Below, piece after piece: positions 59,374 to 64,000 of a DNA stretch of 64,000 nt. Where the stretch lies: positions 75,516,001 through 75,580,000 of the forward strand of contig JAGIQG010000009.1 in the NCBI GenBank assembly GCA_024679065.1. The letters run 5' to 3'. Each line of letters begins with the position of its first letter. Within the stretch, counting starts at the first letter, position 1. The DNA comes from Sphyrna mokarran (Eukaryota). The notes below the pieces were generated by a model. It was given only the letters and a program-made list of their open reading frames with translations. It was not told where the DNA came from and searched no databases. A program made the translations under genes and the position numbers.

Positions 59374-59637
59374 GAACATAAGAAATAGGAGCAGGAGTAG
59401 ACCATCTAGCCTTTTGAGCCTGCCCCGCCATTCAATAAGATCATGGCTGATCTGAAGTGGATCAGTTCCACTTTCCTGCTTTCTCTCCATAACCCTTAAT
59501 TCCCTTGTCTATCAGAAACCTATCTACCCGTGACTTAAATATATTCAGCAAGGTAACCTCCACCACTTCAATGGGCAGAGAATTCCAGAGATTCACCACC
59601 CTTTGAGTGAAGAAGTTCCTCCTCAACTCTGATCTAA
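59374..59637 (-). mobile_element. CR1 3' end
   Basis: GAACATAAGAAATAGGAGCAGGAGTAG tail and GATCATGGCTGATCT. Inserted in an L2-like remnant. Confidence 0.85.
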
Positions 59638-59712
59638 GGTTCTTTTGAAGGGTATCAAGTGGCCAGTTTGTGATGGCAATGGCATATTTTCTAAGGACTT
59701 TTGCCCAAATTC

Positions 59713-59885
59713 CATAGAATCATAGAATGGCAGAATATGAGGCCGTTCAGACCATCAAGTTGCTTCAACTCTCTGAAAGAACATCTTACCCAGGTCCAGC
59801 ACATCCCTATAATCCCATACATTTATCATGGCCAATCCATCTAACCTGTATATTTTTGGAGTGTGGGTGGAAACTGGTGCACCCA
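59713..59885 (-). mobile_element. HE1/V-SINE 3' fragment
   Basis: CATAGAATCATAGAAT tail and CATGGCCAATCCATCTAACCTG. Confidence 0.7.
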
Positions 59886-60209
59886 GATGATTGATGTTGA
59901 TTCTGCTGGCAATATAAGCAGGAGTGAGGCTTTCAACTACAGGTCCATGAGGCAAAGATGGAGTCGGGTTACAGAGGAGTAAGTGGGCAGTTTAGGTGAT
60001 GGTGCAAAACTGGGGTTGGAAGTTGAGCTCAAGGTCAGATAGGATCTCCATTAAGAAGAGAGAAACGAATGACAATAGTTTTGCATCAAGCATCGTCCCC
60101 CGAAAGCTGCAGAGTACTGAGGGTCAAGGATCCTATTAGTTGGCTTCAATGAGGCCTAAGTGATGATGGCTATTGTGTTCAGAGTGGGAAGGAGGTGGCA
60201 TCCACAGGA

Positions 60210-60495
60210 TACAGTGGTACAATGGTTGGCACTGCTGCCTGGGTTCGATTCCTGGTTTGGGTCATTGTCTGTGTGGAGTTTGCATGTTCTCCTCATGTTT
60301 GTGTGGGTTTTCTCCAGGCGCTCTGGTTTCCTCCCACACTCCAAAGATGTGCCCGTTAGGTGGATTGACCATGCTAAATTCTCCCTTTGTGTATCCGAAC
60401 AGATGCCAGAGTGTTACGATTAGGGGATTTTCACAGTAACTTCACTGCAGTGTTAATGTAAGCCTACTTGTGACACTAATAAATAAGGTTTAAAC
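60210..60495 (+). mobile_element. V-SINE variant with alternative tail
   Basis: Similar to 34925-35212. Confidence 0.85.
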
Positions 60496-60539
60496 CTTAA
60501 AAAAAATCAAACAAGTTTAGACAGGGTAGATTCAAAAAG

Positions 60540-61030
60540 ATTTTGATTTGATTTGATTTGATTTATTATTGTCACATGTATTATCCGACAGTGAAGTATT
60601 GTTTCTTAAATGCTATATAGACAAAACATACCGTTCATTGAAAAGGAAATGAGAGAGTGCAAGATGTAGTGTTACAGTCAAAGCTAGCGTGTGGAGAAAG
60701 ATCAACTTAATGCAAGGTAAATCCATTCAAAAATCTGACAGCAGCAGGGAAGAAATTGTTCTTGAGTCAGTTGGTACATGACCTCAGCCTTTTTCCCGAA
60801 GGAAGAAGGTGGAAGAGAGAATGATCAGGGTGGGTGGAGTCCGTAATTATGCTGGTTGCTTTATCGAGGTAGCGGAAAGTGCAGAGTCAATGGATGGGAG
60901 GCTGGTTTGCATGATGGAATGGGCTACATTCACAACTTTTTGTAGTTTGCGGTCTTGGTAGAGCAGGAGCCATACCAAGCTATGATACAACAGACAGAAT
61001 GCTTTCTATGGTGCCTCTGTAAAAGTTGGA
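60540..61030 (-). mobile_element. Rex1/Babar-type LINE 3' fragment nested in a CR1 fragment
   Basis: Reverse peptide NFYRGTIESILS...AWYGSCS (with frameshift) and (TTTGA)n tail on +. CR1 sequence lies on both sides (about 60510-60540 and 61030-61348). Confidence 0.75.
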
Positions 61031-61348
61031 TATTCCCGATGGTGGGGGAGTCCAGAACTAGGGGTCATAATTTCAGGATAAGGGGTAAATCTTTTAGAAC
61101 TGAGGTGAGGAGAAATTTCTTCATCTAGAAGGTAGTGAAATGTGGGATTCACTATCACAGAGTGTATTTGAGGCTAAAATGTTGTGTGATTTCAAGCAGA
61201 AATTAGATATAGCACTTGGAGCTGAAGGGATCAAAGGATATGGGGGGAAAGAGGTACAGAATATTGACTTTGATGATCAGCCATGATCATAATGAATGGC
61301 TGAACAAAGTCGAAGGGCTGAATGGCCTACTCCTGTTTCTATGTTTCT
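61030..61348 (+). mobile_element. CR1 3' end
   Basis: AGAACTAGGGGTCAT...GAGAAATTTCTTC...GATCAGCCATGATC...GGGCTGAATGGCCTACTCCTG, then a TTTCTATG tail. Confidence 0.85.
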
Positions 61349-61548
61349 ATATATGTGTGTGTGTTTATATGTGTGTAAGTGCAGGCATGCATATGTACAT
61401 GTATGTATCTATATGTTTTTATGTGTTTGCATACATTGTGCATACATGTGTATGTCTGTGCACACACGTGTGTTGGTTGTGTAATTATGTGTATGTGTGT
61501 ATATGTGTATGTGTGTGTATCTGTTTGCATATATGTGTAAACGTGTGT
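61349..61548. repeat. (TG/TA)n-rich microsatellite (similar tracts at 61700-61775, 62246-62278, 62725-62830)
   Basis: Read directly. Confidence 0.9.
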
Positions 61549-61775
61549 TGTTAGGGTGCTGGAACAAACATTAAGATGTTATGAAGCCAGATTAGACCCC
61601 AACAGTTTCTTTTAGTCTTGGTATAAATGTGAGAATAGTATACTTTGCTCAAGACACAATTCTACTGACAAATTTGAGATTTTTATCTAAACAAACTTTA
61701 TTCATGTGCATGTGAGTATATATGTATCTCTATATATGTATGTGTCTACATGTATGTGAGTATATATCTGTGTGT

Positions 61776-62245
61776 GAACAAAGAGAACAAAAAACAAAGC
61801 ACGGGAAACAGGCCCTTTGGCCCAACAAGCCCGCGCCGCCTCCCCGATGTTCCCACGTCTACCCGCGATCCTTGTCCATGTTTATAGATCTATGGATTAA
61901 AAACCAAATTTGAGACAATTTAGGGAGAATTTGTTTTGCCAATTAGCCTAAGAGAACATCTTTGGGATGTGGGAGGAAACCGGAGCACCCGGAGAAAACC
62001 CACGCAAGCACGGGGAGAATGCGCAAACTCCCACAGACACAGGCCCAAATCCATGTATCTGCACAGCACAGCGATAGTCACTGAGCTGTCGTGTTGCCCA
62101 TCAAATGGTCCAGGTCAAGCGTACATTAACAACGTGAAGCACTAGGATACTCTCGAAAAAAATCCAAGAGCAGCCCTCTCACGACCCCTCATTAGACAAC
62201 AAGGTGGACCAAAGCACCTGTAGGATAAAAACAAGTACATCAATA
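61776..62245 (-). mobile_element. Second, more truncated copy of the composite CR1/SINE 3' UTR
   Basis: Reverse complement of 31687-32135 with scattered substitutions and two main indels. Confidence 0.92.
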
Positions 62246-62278
62246 CTTGAATATATATGTTTGTGCGAGTATATATTT

Positions 62279-62407
62279 NNNNNNNNNNNNNNNNNNNNNN
62301 NNNNNNNNNNNNNNNNNNNNNNNNNNNNNNNNNNNNNNNNNNNNNNNNNNNNNNNNNNNNNNNNNNNNNNNNNNNNNNNNNNNNNNNNNNNNNNNNNNNN
62401 NNNNNNN
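62279..62407. other. Assembly gap (N run)
   Basis: Run of n characters. Confidence 0.99.
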
Positions 62408-62700
62408 TTTTATTCATACACTGAGGGGTCACGGGTGTTGCTGGCTGGCCAGCATTTATTGCCCATCCCTAGTTGTCCAAGGACAGTTGAGAGTCAACCA
62501 CATTGTTATGGCTCTGGAGTCACATATCGGCCAGACCAGATAAGGTTGACAGATTTCCTTCCCTAAAGGACATTAGTGAACCAGATGGGTTTTTCCAAAA
62601 ATCAACAGAAGCTTCATGGCCATCAGTGGATTGTGAATTTTAGATTTTTTGTAAATTCTAATTCAAATCTGCATTGCCAAAACATTATCTGAATTTCTAG
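62408..62700 (-). mobile_element. MER131-like SINE with 3' tail
   Basis: Reverse complement has the shared body followed by GGGATGGGCAATAAATGCTGGCC...GAATAAAA. Confidence 0.75.
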
Positions 62701-62999
62701 CAATAACAGTAGGCCATCGCCTCTCCTGTATATGTGTATGAGTATATATGTGTGTGAGTATATATGTATATATGTACATGTGAGTATATATATGTTTGGA
62801 AATATGTATATGTATATATATTTGTGTGTAAGAGCTCCACAAATATCATTATTAAATGGAAAAAGGGATAAATTATAAAAACACCCTTCGTAAAAAAAAA
62901 TCACCAGAAAATGAATAGAATATCACCTCAGATTCATCCTCCTGACACATCTGTCTGTTTACTATTGCCCACCCAGTGGATTTTGCTCCATGAAGTTTC

Positions 63000-63545
63000 C
63001 TTCATGTTTAGGGGTCTTCCCAAACCCATTTTCCCCATTTTCCTTCATTAGTTCCTCCCTATTCCCCTGCTCTCTGACACCACTATTTTCTTTCTCCTTC
63101 TCCTCCATTCCCCCTCTCCCTCTCCTCTATTTCCTCTCTCCATCTCCTTCTCCATTCCCCCATTTTCCTTCTCCATTCCCCCACTCCTCTCTTCCATTCC
63201 CCTCTCCCTCTCTTCCATTTCCTGCTCTTCCTTTCCTCCATTCCCCACCAGCTCCATTCCCCTTCTCCCTCACCTCCATTTCTCCTTTTCCTCTCCTCCA
63301 TGCCCTCTCTCCCTCTTCTTCCATTTCCCTCTCCCTCCCTCTCCTCTATTCCCCCTCTCCCTCTGCTCCACTTCCCCCTCCCCCTCTCCCCCTCCTTTCC
63401 CCTCTCTCTCCTCCATTCCCCCGTCTCTTCCACTCCCTCCCCTTTAAAACCCAACCCCTCTGATCTCTCTCTTCTTTTCCTGCCTTTTCTTTATCCTTTC
63501 CCTCTTCTTCTTCCTCTTCTCCCACCCTCACACTACCTCCCTCCC
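63000..63545. repeat. CT-rich low-complexity tract
   Basis: Read directly. Explains ORFs 62990-63645. Confidence 0.9.
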
Positions 63546-63833
63546 TCGATAAAACGCCACTTGCTGCTTTCTCAGTGCTGTTGGGAGCTGTCTTTGGCTC
63601 AGATTTCACACAGAGTGAGGGACAGAATGTGAGCGGATGCTTCATTTTTGGCCATGTAGGGAGGGTGAGGAATTGCTACATGGAGATGTGAGGACACAGA
63701 TATTCAATCAGCTTCGAGATAATGTTGGAAATATTGGAAAAATCATAAAAAGGTGAAATGATTGAGCAGAGGGCTGCAGGCTCACTACACACCATGTATT
63801 TATGATCCTGATGACAGAATAGTTCACACTTAC

Positions 63834-63867
63834 CTCAATAGAATCAGAAGATGCTGAGATGCAATTT
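63834..63867 (-). other. Candidate minus-strand exon (34 nt)
   Basis: Acceptor CTATTTAATTTTAG and donor GAG|GTAAGT. Confidence 0.25.
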
Positions 63868-64000
63868 CTAAAATTAAATAGTGGCTATTTGTGATACAAA
63901 GATCAGATATCTGCCGTTAATCTTGCTAATTTAGAGAGCAAAGGATAAGTGAGCAGGAAGTGGTTTGGGATCTTGGAATACGTTTGATGTGAAACAGAAA

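Overview
Repeat-rich vertebrate genomic DNA. The repeat mix (HE1/V-SINE-type tRNA SINEs, many CR1 LINEs, Penelope-like elements, a Rex1/Babar LINE and a Gypsy LTR element) points to a cartilaginous fish, probably a shark (inference). I cannot identify any host protein-coding gene. All recognisable coding sequence comes from transposons: CR1 ORF2, Penelope RT plus GIY-YIG, Gypsy gag-pol and an APE/RT LINE. The window opens with a CpG-enriched promoter-like region carrying CTCF-like, POU-palindrome and RE1/NRSE-like motifs and two candidate non-coding first exons with splice donors. The rest looks like a long intron with a few candidate small exons on both strands and four large minisatellites, whose long ORFs are artefacts. 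The most notable structures are: (1) minimal hammerhead-ribozyme motifs in the Penelope termini; (2) a TSD-flanked 234-bp hairpin Penelope insertion with a ribozyme-like core on each arm; (3) a CR1 whose 3' UTR contains a captured SINE, found in two copies; (4) a MER131-like SINE body joined directly to a LINE ORF; (5) a ~250-bp inverted repeat pair at 7.9-8.8 kb. Family names come from my recall of consensus sequences and have not been checked against a database. Boundaries of old elements are approximate.
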